Shown here: positions 51,275 to 62,289 of the stretch, in pieces
Layout of the letters: every line of letters begins with the position of its first letter
Numbering within the stretch: position 1 is the first letter of the stretch
Source of the DNA: Malacoraja senta
Lineage: Eukaryota
Assembly: GCA_038087875.1 (NCBI GenBank)
Contig: CM075998.1
Coordinates: 6,512,001 to 6,576,000, forward strand
Direction: 5' to 3'
Length of the DNA stretch: 64,000 nucleotides
The notes under the pieces: generated by a model
Seen by the model: only the letters and a program-made list of their open reading frames with translations
What the model was told of the DNA's origin: nothing
Database searches by the model: none
Made by a program: the position numbers and the translations under genes

Positions 51275-52250
51275 CAGGAAGCAAAGAGTAGGAGTAAACG
51301 GGTCCTTTTCAGAATGGCAGGCAGTGACTAGTGGGGTACCGCAAGGCTCAGTGCTGGGACCTCAGCTATTTACAATATATATTAATGATCTGGACGAGGG
51401 AATTGAATGCAACATCTCCAAGTTTGCGGTATAATGTGGATAAATGTAAGGTTATCCACTTTGGTGGCAAAAACAGGAAAGTAGACTATTACCTGAATGG
51501 TGGCCGATTAGGAAAAGGGGAGATGCAACGAGACCTGGGTGTCATGGTACACCAGTCATTGAAAGTGGGCATGCAGGTGCAGCAGGCAGTGAAGAAAGCG
51601 AATGGTATGTTAGCATTCATAGCAAAAGGATTTGAGTATAGGAGCAGGGAGGTTCTACTGCAGTTGTACAGGGTCTTGGTGAGACCACACCTGGAGTATT
51701 GCGTACAGTTTTGGTCTCCTAATCTGAGGAAGGACATTCCTGCCATAGAGGGAGTACAGAGAAGGTTCACCAGACTGATTCCTGGGATGTCAGGACTTTC
51801 ATATGAGGAAAGACTGGATAGACTCGGCTTGTACTCGCTGGAATTTAGAAGACTGAGGGGGGATCTTATAGAAACTTACAACATTCTTAAGGGGTTGGAC
51901 AGGCTAGATGCAGGAAGATTGTTCCCAATGTTGGGGGAGTCCAGAACAAGGGGTCACAGTTTAAGGATAAAGGGGAAATCTTTTAGGACTGAGATGAGAA
52001 AAACATTTTTTACACAGAGAGTGGTGAATCTCTGGAATTCTCTACCACAGAATGTAGTTGAGGCCAGTTCATTGGCTATATTTAAGAGGGAGTTAGATGT
52101 GGCCCTTGTGGCTAAAGGGATCAGGTGGTATGGAGAGAAAGCAGGTACAGGATACTGAGTTGGATGATCAGCCATGATCATATTGAATGGCGGTGCAGGC
52201 TCGAAGGGCCGAATGGCCTACTCCTGCACCTATTTTCTATGTTTCTATGT
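51275..52250 (+). mobile_element. CR1-type LINE (subfamily B) with an internal deletion near 51429
   Basis: ORF 51331-52158; tail ttttctatgtttctatgt. Confidence 0.92.
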
Positions 52251-53192
52251 CTTCTGCGAAATTGCTCTTGGTCTTATCAGCTATGAAGATTTTCAAATGT
52301 CTTTGGTTATATGTCACTGTTATTCAGGAACATTGAAAGATGTTCAAGAGTATTAAAATTAATCATAAGATTAGAAACGTTAAAAATAATTATAATGCCT
52401 AAGCATGAGAGAAAACAAATGCATTTAAATATTTTCATTACATATTTAAATTTAAATGATTTTTAATAACTGAAAATGATGTGAATCTTCCCTTGTTCCC
52501 TCAGCCATTTCTACATTTTAAGATGAATATGTCGGGTCTAAACCTATGCAGGTTCAGCCCCCAAATTCCCCAGCTTAACTACATTCAGTCTGACTCGTGT
52601 GCTATGGGTGAATTTGTGATCTTCCAATCGTTGTGGCCCTTGCGCTTTCGTTTAATCTGCACTTTCTTTGTAACTGCAGCAACTATATTCTGCACTGTTT
52701 CCTTTCTCTCTTTGCGCTACCTGTTGTACTTGTGTATGGCATAATTTGCCCGCGTAGCATGCAAACCAAAGTTTGGAAGCAGCTGCTGACGGGCTATTTG
52801 AGGATATGCCCCAACACGATCATGTAGTGTGAGTAGGGCTTGGGCTCTCAACTTCATGCCTCGGGCAGGAGTGCCACAAATTGACACTCGGATGGTAGAT
52901 TTGCAAACTGATCAAATCAGTCAATGCTAGAGTTTCTCTGAACTTGTTGACTGTCTAAGGATTAAAATACTTTTGAGCATTCTGTGAAGCTTTTCAGTTT
53001 GTGTGGTTGCCGTGGAACAATGAAGCCTATCATACCCACGCCAAATAATAGTACAGCACTGTTTTGTAGGCTGTGGAATTGCCTGTGTAAATAATATCGG
53101 CCACTGAGAGATTTTTTGTGAACTGTTATATCTGACCGAAGGAGGAGAATAGTGAATATTTAACTGTGGAAAGGAGCAGGTAAATTATAAAA

Positions 53193-53420
53193 GGGTGGCG
53201 CAGTGGCAGAGCTGCTGACTCAGCACCGGACACCTGGGTTCGATCCTGACCTTCGGTGTCGCCTGTGTGTGTGGAGTTTGCACGTTCTCCCTGTGACCGT
53301 GTGGGTTTCCTCCGGATGTTCCGGTTTCCTCCCACATCCCAAAGATGTGCAGGTTTGTAGGTCAATTGGCTTCTGTATATTATCCCTAGTGTGTAGGGAG
53401 TGGGCTAACATAGAACACGT
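53193..53420 (+). mobile_element. V-SINE (HE1-like)
   Basis: ggtggcgcagtggcagag A box, gggttcgatcc B box, V-domain. Confidence 0.8.
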
Positions 53421-53480
53421 GTGACACAAAAAACTAGAGTAACTCAGCGGGTTAGACAGCATCTCTTGAGAAAAGGAATA

Positions 53481-53514
53481 GGTGATGTTTCGGGTCGAGA
53501 CCCTTCGTCAGACC
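53481..53514 (-). ncRNA. Minimal hammerhead-ribozyme-like motif
   Basis: Minus strand reads ggt-CTGACGA-a-GGGTCTCGACCC-GAAACATC-acc, with a 3-bp stem I (ggt/acc). Confidence 0.5.
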
Positions 53515-55569
53515 ACCTTCAGACCATACATTCTGAATTTATTTCCGATCCGTAATTGAGAAAGTGGTGGTGAGCCATCATCTTGAACCACAGTTGATCT
53601 TCTAGTCCCATGGTGTTGGGTGGGCAATGAAGGAAAGCTGGTGCATTTCCAGGTGCCAACAGTGTGCGATTTGGCAGGAGTCTTGGATGTGTTCCATTGC
53701 ACTCACTGTTCTTGACCATGGCTAGAGAGGACATGTTTTGGGAGGTGAGAGTAGTAGCGAGTAGTGGGGGCATGTAAATGAAATGTGGAGTAACTCAGTG
53801 GGACGGGCAGCATCTCTGGATAGAAAGAATGGGTGACGTTTCCGGTCGGGTCTGTTCTTCAGTGTGTTCGATGCACCCTGCAGCTGCAATGCACTGGCGG
53901 TGAAGGAAGTGCATGTTTAAAGTGGTGCATGAATTGTCCATCAAGTAGCTGCTTTGCCCTGATGTTGTTGGAATTGCACATATCCAGGCAAATGGAGGGA
54001 AATCCCTCACATTTAGGACATATGCCTTAGAGTTATTTGTTGGGGAAAAAAAGACAATGTGCTGAAGTAACTCAGACTGCATCTCTGGCAAACATGGAAT
54101 GGTGATGTTTTGGGTTGGGTCCCTTCTTCAGACCGATCTGTCTGGGGAAGGGTCACAACCCGAAACATCTCTTATCCATGTTCTCCAGAGATGCTGTCAG
54201 ACCCGCTGACTTACTCCCTCACTTTGTATCCTTTTTGGTAAACCAGCATCTGCAGTTTCTTGTTTCTAGATATTTGTTGGACTTCAGAAAATTAAGAGGT
54301 GATTTATTTACTGTAGAATATTTAGCCTCTGACCAATTCCTGTAGCTACAGTATTTATATGACTGACCCAGTGTATGGTAAAGACTTCCTCCTACTTTTC
54401 TTCAGCATTGAATAGTTTGCACATAATAGCAAGACGTTTGACCATGTTTGTTTCTAATAGATAGATACAAAATGCTGTTGTAACTCAGCGGGACAGGCAG
54501 CATCTCCAGAGAGAAGGAATGAGTGACGTTTTGGGTCGAGACCCTTCTTCAGACTCAACACATTGTATTACATTCTAATACATTGTACTGTTGCAGTTCT
54601 GAGATCTTTTCTTCTTTGTCCAAACAAGAATTGTCACCAGATGCAGACCTTTTTGCCCATCAAATATATGCCAGTTTCAGGTCGAGCAATCTGTTCATTG
54701 GCATTTGGCTGTACATGTGAGAATAAAGAACAATTTAAACATTCCCCTCTTTCCCACTAGCCTTACAACTTGATTTACCAATAACTATCTAGACATACCT
54801 TGCCATTTTCAAAGATTATTAACATTTTATAACATTCTCCAAAATCAGGCTTCTATTCCCCTTCTGTCTTTTCTCTTTGTGGTCCGTGGTAGCTCTTTGA
54901 GAGAAGATTGAGATATTGTGCAGTTCTACGGCATTGAAGTCAGCTTCAAGCTAAATGTTTTGCGATGAAACTGAATGAGCAGAATTTTATTAACAATGCA
55001 ATCTAAGCCTGGGGTCCATTAGATTGCATTGTTTTACTAATCCCATTTGTCCAGCCGTTTTATTCAATTGTCAGTTCATTCAGGTACAAAGAACTAGTTA
55101 TGTTTTCCATTAATACTGCAATGAGGTAGGAATCAGTGGGTGGAGGAAAGAGTACAATCCTGTATATCTAGAATATTTAATCATCTGATAATTGTACGTA
55201 GAATAATCTTTTTTTTGTAAGGTTGACTATCTGGTTCCCAAGGGATGCTTTATAACCACAGCAATTTCTTTGTCCTCTTTATAAACTGCTACCTCTGTTT
55301 CTCATGACATTTTGTACTTGCTCTTCTGAACACTTTCAGAATCAGCCTTAAGAGGTTTATTCTTTTTTTAAATTTGTGTTCTGGCACCTGGGAACAACCT
55401 TTGGAAAGAATGGCCAACATGTGACATCCATTACGGGGGGCAGCGCCAAATGTAAGCGGGTCACGTTAGATGAAATGGACACAGACCAAGACAAACAATT
55501 CTGTTCTGAGATAGACACAAAATGCTGGAGTAACTCAGTGGGACAGGCAGCATCTGGAGAAAAGGATTT

Positions 55570-55603
55570 GGTGAAGTTTCGGGTCGAGACCCTTCTTCAG
55601 ACT
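55570..55603 (-). ncRNA. Hammerhead-like motif in the Penelope 3' terminal repeat
   Basis: Minus strand reads agt-CTGAAGA-a-GGGTCTCGACCC-GAAACTTC-acc, about 100 nt downstream of the GIY-YIG stop codon. Confidence 0.55.
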
Positions 55604-57061
55604 GATGTCAGGGGAGTGGGTGGGAGAGAGAATGTAGTCGGAGACAGTAAGACTGGTGGGAGAAATGGGAAGGGGAGGGGATGGAGAGAGAGGGAAAGCA
55701 AGGGCTATTTGAAGTTAGAGAAGTCAATGTTCATACCACTGGGGTGTAAGCTGCCCAAGTGAAATATGAGGTGCTGCTCCTCCAATTTGTGCTGGGCCTC
55801 AATCTGACAATGGAGGAGGCCCAGGACAGAAAGGTCAGATTGGGAATGGGAGGGGGAGTTAAAGTGCTGAGCAACCGGGAGATTGGGTATGTTAAGGCGG
55901 ACTGAGCAGAGGTGTTCAGCGAAACTATCGCCGACCCTGCGCTTGGTCTCGCTGATGTAGAGAAGTTGACACCTGGAACAGCGGATACAGTAGATGTGGT
56001 TGGAGGAGGTGCAAGTGAACCTCTGCCTCACCTGAAAAGACTGTCGGGGCCCTTGGACGGAGCAATTGGGAGTAGGGGATAGAGTCTTTACAAGAAGCAG
56101 GGTGGGAAGAAGTGTAGTCTAGATAGCTATGGGAGTCGGTAGGTTTGTAGTAGATGTCGGTCAATAGTCTGTCTCCTGTGATGGAGATGGTGAGATCCAG
56201 AAACGTAGGGAGATGTCGGAGATGGTCCAAGTGAATTTGAGTGCAGAATGGAAATTAGTGGTGAAGTTGATGAAGCCAGTGAGTTCTGCATGGGTGCAGG
56301 AGGCAGCATCAATGTAGCGGAGGTAGAGTTCGGGGATAGGGCTAGTGTACGCCTGGAACAGTGATTGTTCGACGTACCCTACAAAGAGGAAGGCATAGCT
56401 GGGGCCCATGCGTGCCCATAGCATCGCCTTGGATTTAGAGGGTGGGAGGAGTCAAAGGAGAAGTTGTTGAGGGTAAGGACCAGCTCTGCTAGGCAGAGGA
56501 GGGTATTGGTAGACGGAAATTGGCTGGTTCTGCGGTCGAGGAAGAAACGGAGGACTTTAAGACCTTCCTGGTGGGGGATGGAGGTGTAGAGTGACTGGAC
56601 ATCAATGGTAAAGATGAGGGAGGGGGGCCTGGAAAACGGAAGTCGTTGAAGAGACGAAGAGCGTGTGAGGTGTCTTGGACATAGGTGGGGAATAGGATGG
56701 AGTCGAGGTATGTGGAAATTAATTTGGTGGGAATGAACAAACAGAAACAATGGGTCTGCCAGGACAGTTCTGTTTGTGGATTTTGGGGAGAAGATAAAAT
56801 AGGGCCGTGCGGGGCTGGGGACCGATAAGGTTGGAGGCTGAAGAGGGCAGAGAGCCAGAAGTAATCAAATCAGGTGTGTGATATTAATGCCCGATGCTGG
56901 TCTGTGGGCTCATGGTCCAAGGATAAGTGGGAGGAGGTATCTGAGAGTTGTCGCCTGGCCTCAGCCCTCTAGAGGTCAGTGAGCGAGACTACCACGGCAC
57001 CTCCCTTGTCAGCAGGTTTGGTTATCACGTCGGGGTTGCTGCAGAGTGAGTGGAGGGCTGT

Positions 57062-58420
57062 TTGTTCAATTCAATTCAATTCAATTCAATTCAATTCAAC
57101 TTTAATGTCATTGCACAAATACTGAGTATGGGTACAACGAAATGCAGTTTTGCGTCAGTCCGTAGTAGTAGTGCAATATAGAAATTTAAAAAAAAGAGGA
57201 TACAGAATAATCAAAAATACAGAATAATTAACAATGGGGACGGAGGGACCAGGGGAATCTATCGGCGGGACTCCGAGTTCAGCAATGCGACGGTATCATT
57301 GTAGAAGCTGTTCCTCATCCTACTGGTACGAGACCTGAGGCTCCTGTACCGCCTCCCTGATGGGAGGAGGGCAAACAGTCCATGGTTGGGGTGGGAGGGG
57401 TCTTTAATGATCTTCCCAGCCCGTTTCAGACACCGTTTTCGGTGGAGGGCATCCATGGCAGGGAGCGGGGCACCGATGATGTGCTGCGCGGTTTTCACCA
57501 CCCGTTGTAGTGCCTTCCTGTCCGCAACAGTGCAGCTGCTGTACCATACCGTGAAGCAGGTGGTCAGGATGCTCTCGATGGTACACCGGTAGAAGTTGGT
57601 CAGGATCTGGGGGGACAGGTGGGCTTTCTTGAGCCTCCTCAGGAAGTAAAGGCGCTGCTGTGCCTTTTTGATCAGCTTGGAGGTGTTGAGGGACCAGGAC
57701 AAATCCTCTGAGATGTGTACCCCGAGGAATTTGTAGCTGGAGACGCGCTCCACCTCAGTCCCGTTTATATGGATGGGGGTATGTCTGCCCCCTCTGACCT
57801 TCCTGAAGTCGACAATAATTTCCTTCGTCTTCTTGGAGTTGAGGACGAGGTTATTGTTGGCACACCAGGTTGTCAGGTGCTGGACCTCCTCTCTGTAGGC
57901 TGACTCATCGTTGTCACTGATCAGTCCTACCAGCAAACTTAATGATGGCGTTGGATCCGTACTTAGGGATGCAGTCGTGGGTGAAGAGGGAGTAGAGGAG
58001 AGGGCTGAGCACACAGCCCTGTGGCACGCCGGTGTTCAGTGTTATAGTGGAGGAGGTGAGGTTGTTGACCCTAACAGACTGTGGTCTGTTGGTGAGGAAA
58101 TCCAGTGTCCAGTTGCAGAGGGAGGTGGAGATGCCAAGCCCGCTGAGTTTGGTGATCAAGCTGGCGGGGATGACAGTGTTAAAAGCGGAGCTGAAATCAA
58201 TGAACAGCAACCTGATGTAGGTGTTATTGCTGTCCAGGTGGGTCAGGGCAGAGTGTAGGGCCGCCGATATGGCGTCCTCTGTAGACCTGTTGGCCCGGTA
58301 GGCAAACTGATGGGGGTCCAGTGTGGGGGGGAGGCTGGCTTTGAGGTGAGCCAAGATCAGCCGCTCAAAGCACTTAGCAATGACAGGGGTGAGTGCCACT
58401 GGGCGGAAATCGTTGAGGCT
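57062..58420 (-). mobile_element. Rex1/Babar LINE (third family) inserted in the Penelope element
   Basis: ORFs 57914-58399 and 57259-58014; (ttgaa)n tail at 57065-57100. Confidence 0.9.
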
Positions 58421-59016
58421 CCCTGGGGGGGAAGGTTAGAGTAAGTAAGGGGAGTGGAAAAGTTGAGGCAGTTGATGTCCCTCTGGCAATTGGAAATGAA
58501 AAGGTCTACAGAAGGTAGAGGGCCATCCGGGGGAGTGCAAGAGGAGGGGGACCGTTGGAGACCGGAGAAGGGGTCATCACTGGGTGGTGAGGACTCCTTC
58601 CGATAGAAAAAGGCGCGGAGGTGACGGAAGAAGAGCTGTACATCGTGGCGGATCCGGAACTCGTTGAGATGGGAAACAAAGGTGAGGCCTCTGCTGAGGA
58701 CAGACCGTCCCGTATCAGAAAGGGGGAGGTCGGGGGGGGGGGGGGGGGGGATGGTGAACACACGGCAAGGGTGGGGGTTGGGGTCGAAGGAAGGCAGGTG
58801 AGTAGATGGAGGCCGAGGCGATGTCTGGTGGGGGGATGGTGGGTGTTCGGAGAGGAGGGGGGCATGAGGACTATTGTATGGGTGGGGAGTAGCTGGGACC
58901 ACCTGGCTAAAAGGGGAAGGGGAAGAACCAGTGAAACCCCCACTGAGAATCCCTGTAAGAGTGGGGGCAGCAGTAGGCCCCAGCAGAGTCAGACCACGTG
59001 GTGTGGGAGTCGGCAT

Positions 59017-59445
59017 TGTGGAGACGGTGGGCCCAGTGCTGAGCCTGGGACTCGGGTAATTTGGAGAACGTGGGCCCGGTGCTGAGCCTGGGACTCAGTT
59101 AATGTGGAGACGGTGGGCCCGGTGCTGAGCCTGGGACTCCGTTAATGTGGAGACGGTGGGCCCGGTGCTGAGCCTGGGACTCGGGTAATTTGGAGAATGT
59201 GGACCCGGTGCTGAGCCTGGGACTCAGGTAATGTGGAAACGGTGGGCCTGGTGCTGAGCCTGGGACTCAGGTAATGTGGAGACGGTGGGCCCAGTGCTGA
59301 GCCTCGGACTCAGTTAATGTGGAGACGGTGGGCCCAGTTTTGAGCCTGGAAATCAGTTAATGTGGAGACGGTGGGCCTGGTGCTGAGCCTGGGACTCAGT
59401 TAATTTGGAGACGGTGGGCCTGGTGCTGAGCCTGGGTCTCGAGTA
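59017..59445. repeat. 43-bp minisatellite, about 10 copies
   Basis: Unit ggagacggtgggcccggtgctgagcctgggactcagttaatgt, recurring at 59021, 59064, 59107, 59150, 59193, 59236, 59279, 59322, 59365 and 59408. Confidence 0.95.
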
Positions 59446-59956
59446 AGGCGATGGCTGCGGCCCGCTGGTGGACGGTGGACTTCTGTTCTGAGATATATCT
59501 TTTTCAAAATATGAAATTCCTGGAATGGACAGAGTTCTGGAATTCTGCCTATGTGCGAAAGAAACATATCTAAAATAAGCTGATTACTGTTGGTAAGTGT
59601 GAAAGACACCTACTTTTCCAAGGCACAGGCGAAGCAGCAAACCATGCCCAAATTTGACTTTCCGTCTCTAAAAGCAAACTTCACGGTGTCTGTATTACAC
59701 TTATCTGCAGACTTGTTGGTGTTGCTGTTTAAGCTCCACTTTTTCCTTTGTGTAGAAAGGAACTGCAGGTGCTGGCATATAGCTTCAGTTTAGTTTATTG
59801 TCACATGTACCAAGGTACAGTGAAAAGCTTTTGTTGCGTCCTATTCAGTCAGCAGAAATACAAAACGTGATTACAATCGAGCGATTTACAGTGTATAGAT
59901 ACATGATATTGTGATACATGATACAGTGTATAGATACATGACAGTGTATAGATACA

Positions 59957-60224
59957 TGCCATTTAGAACGGAGACGAGGAAACACTTTTTCTCACAGAGA
60001 GTGGTGAGTCTGGAATTCTCTGCCTCAGAGGGCGGTGGAGGCAGGTTCTCTGGATACTTTCAAGAGAGAGCTAGATAGGGCTCTTAAAAATAGCGGAGTC
60101 AGGGGATATGGGGAGAAGGCAGGAACGGGGTACTGATTGGGGATGATCAGCCATGATCACATTGAATAGTAGGCCATTTGGCTAGAAGGGCCAAATGGCC
60201 TACTCCTGCACCTATTGTCTATTG
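59957..60224 (+). mobile_element. CR1 (subfamily A) 3' fragment inside a Rex1-type 3' UTR fragment
   Basis: ccatttagaacggagacgagg...cctattgtctattg. Confidence 0.85.
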
Positions 60225-61227
60225 ATAAGGGAATAACGTTTACTGCAAGGTAAAGCCAGCAAAGTCCAATCAAGGAAAGTCTGAGAGTCTTTAATGTTAA
60301 TGAAGTTAATTTTTTTTTAGTTTAGAGATACAGGCCCTTCGGTCCACGCTGACCAGCGATCACCCCATGCACTAACACTATCCTACATACTGGGGACAAT
60401 TTACATTCTTTACCGGAGCCAATTACCCTATATATTTTTGCTTTATTGTTCTTGACATCTTGCATTTTTCCAGTACATTTTCCTCCAACTTCTTTCTGGA
60501 TGTTTAATGGGTCATTTACAGTTCTGCCCAGGTAGAATGCTCTGCATTGATGCACCCTAGCTGGTTCACGTCAACTAGATATCAATCAATTCTTGCTTCA
60601 CTCTTCCTGGCTGAGAGTTCATGCCATCTTTTCCAGACTCGCCATAGGGCTAGGTAATAGAGCAGGACAGCCACTGCAGCAGTTGTTCCCTGTGGTTATC
60701 AAGCTGTACAACTCCTCCCCCTTCTATCATGGGATAGACTGACTGCCCCCCCCCCTCCACCCCAATATTTGCACATCCCCAATCCTGGACTTTCCACTCG
60801 TCTCTTTAATTTCATGTTCCATGTATCTTGTATTTTATGACTGTTGGCAGACCAATTTCCCTCCTGGGATGAATAAAGTTCTATCGTATCAAATCGTATT
60901 GTATCGTTATGATAGCAGGTCATGCAAATATTTCTATTCTGGTAAGAATTTATAATTACTTTGGAGGGCTTGGCATTTGTTCTACTTTTTTCTGAAGTGA
61001 CTTGCAGATGACTCTCCAGCTGAGATGTGTGTAATGGTGATTTACTGCCAGAGGATAGCAGGCAGGAGTCAAAAGGAACATCATAGCATGTCAACTTGTC
61101 GCTTTACCTGCAAAATGTTGATTTACCTGTTTGGAAACTGTTTGTATTTACTATTTACAGTTCTGATTTTGAACATTGAAGCATAGGGATATGGCCCACA
61201 CAAGTGAACAGTAGCTTTATTATTGCC

Positions 61228-61385
61228 ACATAGAAACATAGAAACATAGAAAATAGGTGCAGGAGGAGGCCATTCGGCCCTTCGAGCCAGCACCGCCATT
61301 CATTGTGATCATGGCTGATCGTCCCCTATCAATAACCAGTGCCTGCCTTCTCCCCATATCCCTTGATTCCACTAGCCTCTAGAGC
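61228..61385 (-). mobile_element. CR1 3' fragment (same subfamily as 24205)
   Basis: (catagaaa)n tail plus sequence near-identical to 24205-24345. Confidence 0.85.
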
Positions 61386-62289
61386 CAGTACTGAGGTACA
61401 GTGAAGTACAGCTTTGTCTGCATGCTATCCAAACATCAGATATAGCATACAGAAATGCAAGTCATATTCATAGTCATAGAGTGACACAGTGTGGAAACAG
61501 GCTCTTTGGCCCAACCTGCCCACACCGGCCAACATGTCCCAGATACACTAGTCCCACCTGTCCGTGTTTGGTCCATATCCCTCAAGCATGTCTATGGCAA
61601 AAATTGGGTTGTTAGTAAAAATATAACCTAATAGATAGTTAATAGAGTTTCATCCTGTTATGCCTCTCCTATGTTGATAGAGATGTACTCGCTATTTTGT
61701 GGTTTCTACAGCGCTGGCTTTAATATGGTAGAGAGTCTTTTCAGTGCTATGTCCAGAAATGCAGCCACTTAGTCTTTTTTGCCCAAATATTGTGAGTGTA
61801 TTTTTGTTTCACTTTCCTTTCTCATGTTTAAGCATTGACATGTTCTAAAATTAGGACCCCGAATGTATTAACAAAATTGCTTCCAGAGATTTTCCATTGG
61901 ATCGTTGCTTTTTATTATCATGGGCCATTGGCTACTAATACTACCCACATGTTTCAAGTAAAGAATGCGTGAAGGACATCAGCACAAAATAATAAACTTA
62001 TTTAAGACCACTTTAGCAAAGCAAAATAGGAATGTTGAATACGCACCACTCCCCTTCAAAGCACCAATCCTCTAATGACCATTTTTTTTTGTCAGTGTAG
62101 TAGAAAAGGAGTCCGACATGTGTTTTCTCATTTGTATCGCCGATGAGTAAAAGTAAAAGATGATGACACTTCATCCTCCGAAGCACGCTATTGATATTGC
62201 ATGCACATTGATAGGCACATTGGTATCCTCCAGGTCTATTACACAGGAGACTGATGAGGCAGTTGTATGAATCTTGGTGTATTTTTAGT

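Larger units (their letters stand above)
55510..59480 (-). mobile_element. Penelope-like retroelement (decayed RT plus GIY-YIG), interrupted by a Rex1 LINE
   Basis: GIY-YIG at 55705-56031 (IYCIRCSRCQLLYISETKR...FAEH); RT pieces IDVQSLYTSIPH, MGPSYA.LFVG, YLRYID, FLDLTI, YYKPTDSH; KPADKG near 57010; N-terminal part 58420-58800. Confidence 0.88.

Noticed and set aside
55425..55450. CTCF-like motif ccattacggggggcagcgcc
   Set aside because: Spacing differs from the consensus; not supportable without a PWM scan or ChIP data.
59017..59445. Regularly spaced repeats resembling a CRISPR array
   Set aside because: Units are contiguous with no unique spacers, there are no cas genes, and the context is eukaryotic; it is a minisatellite.
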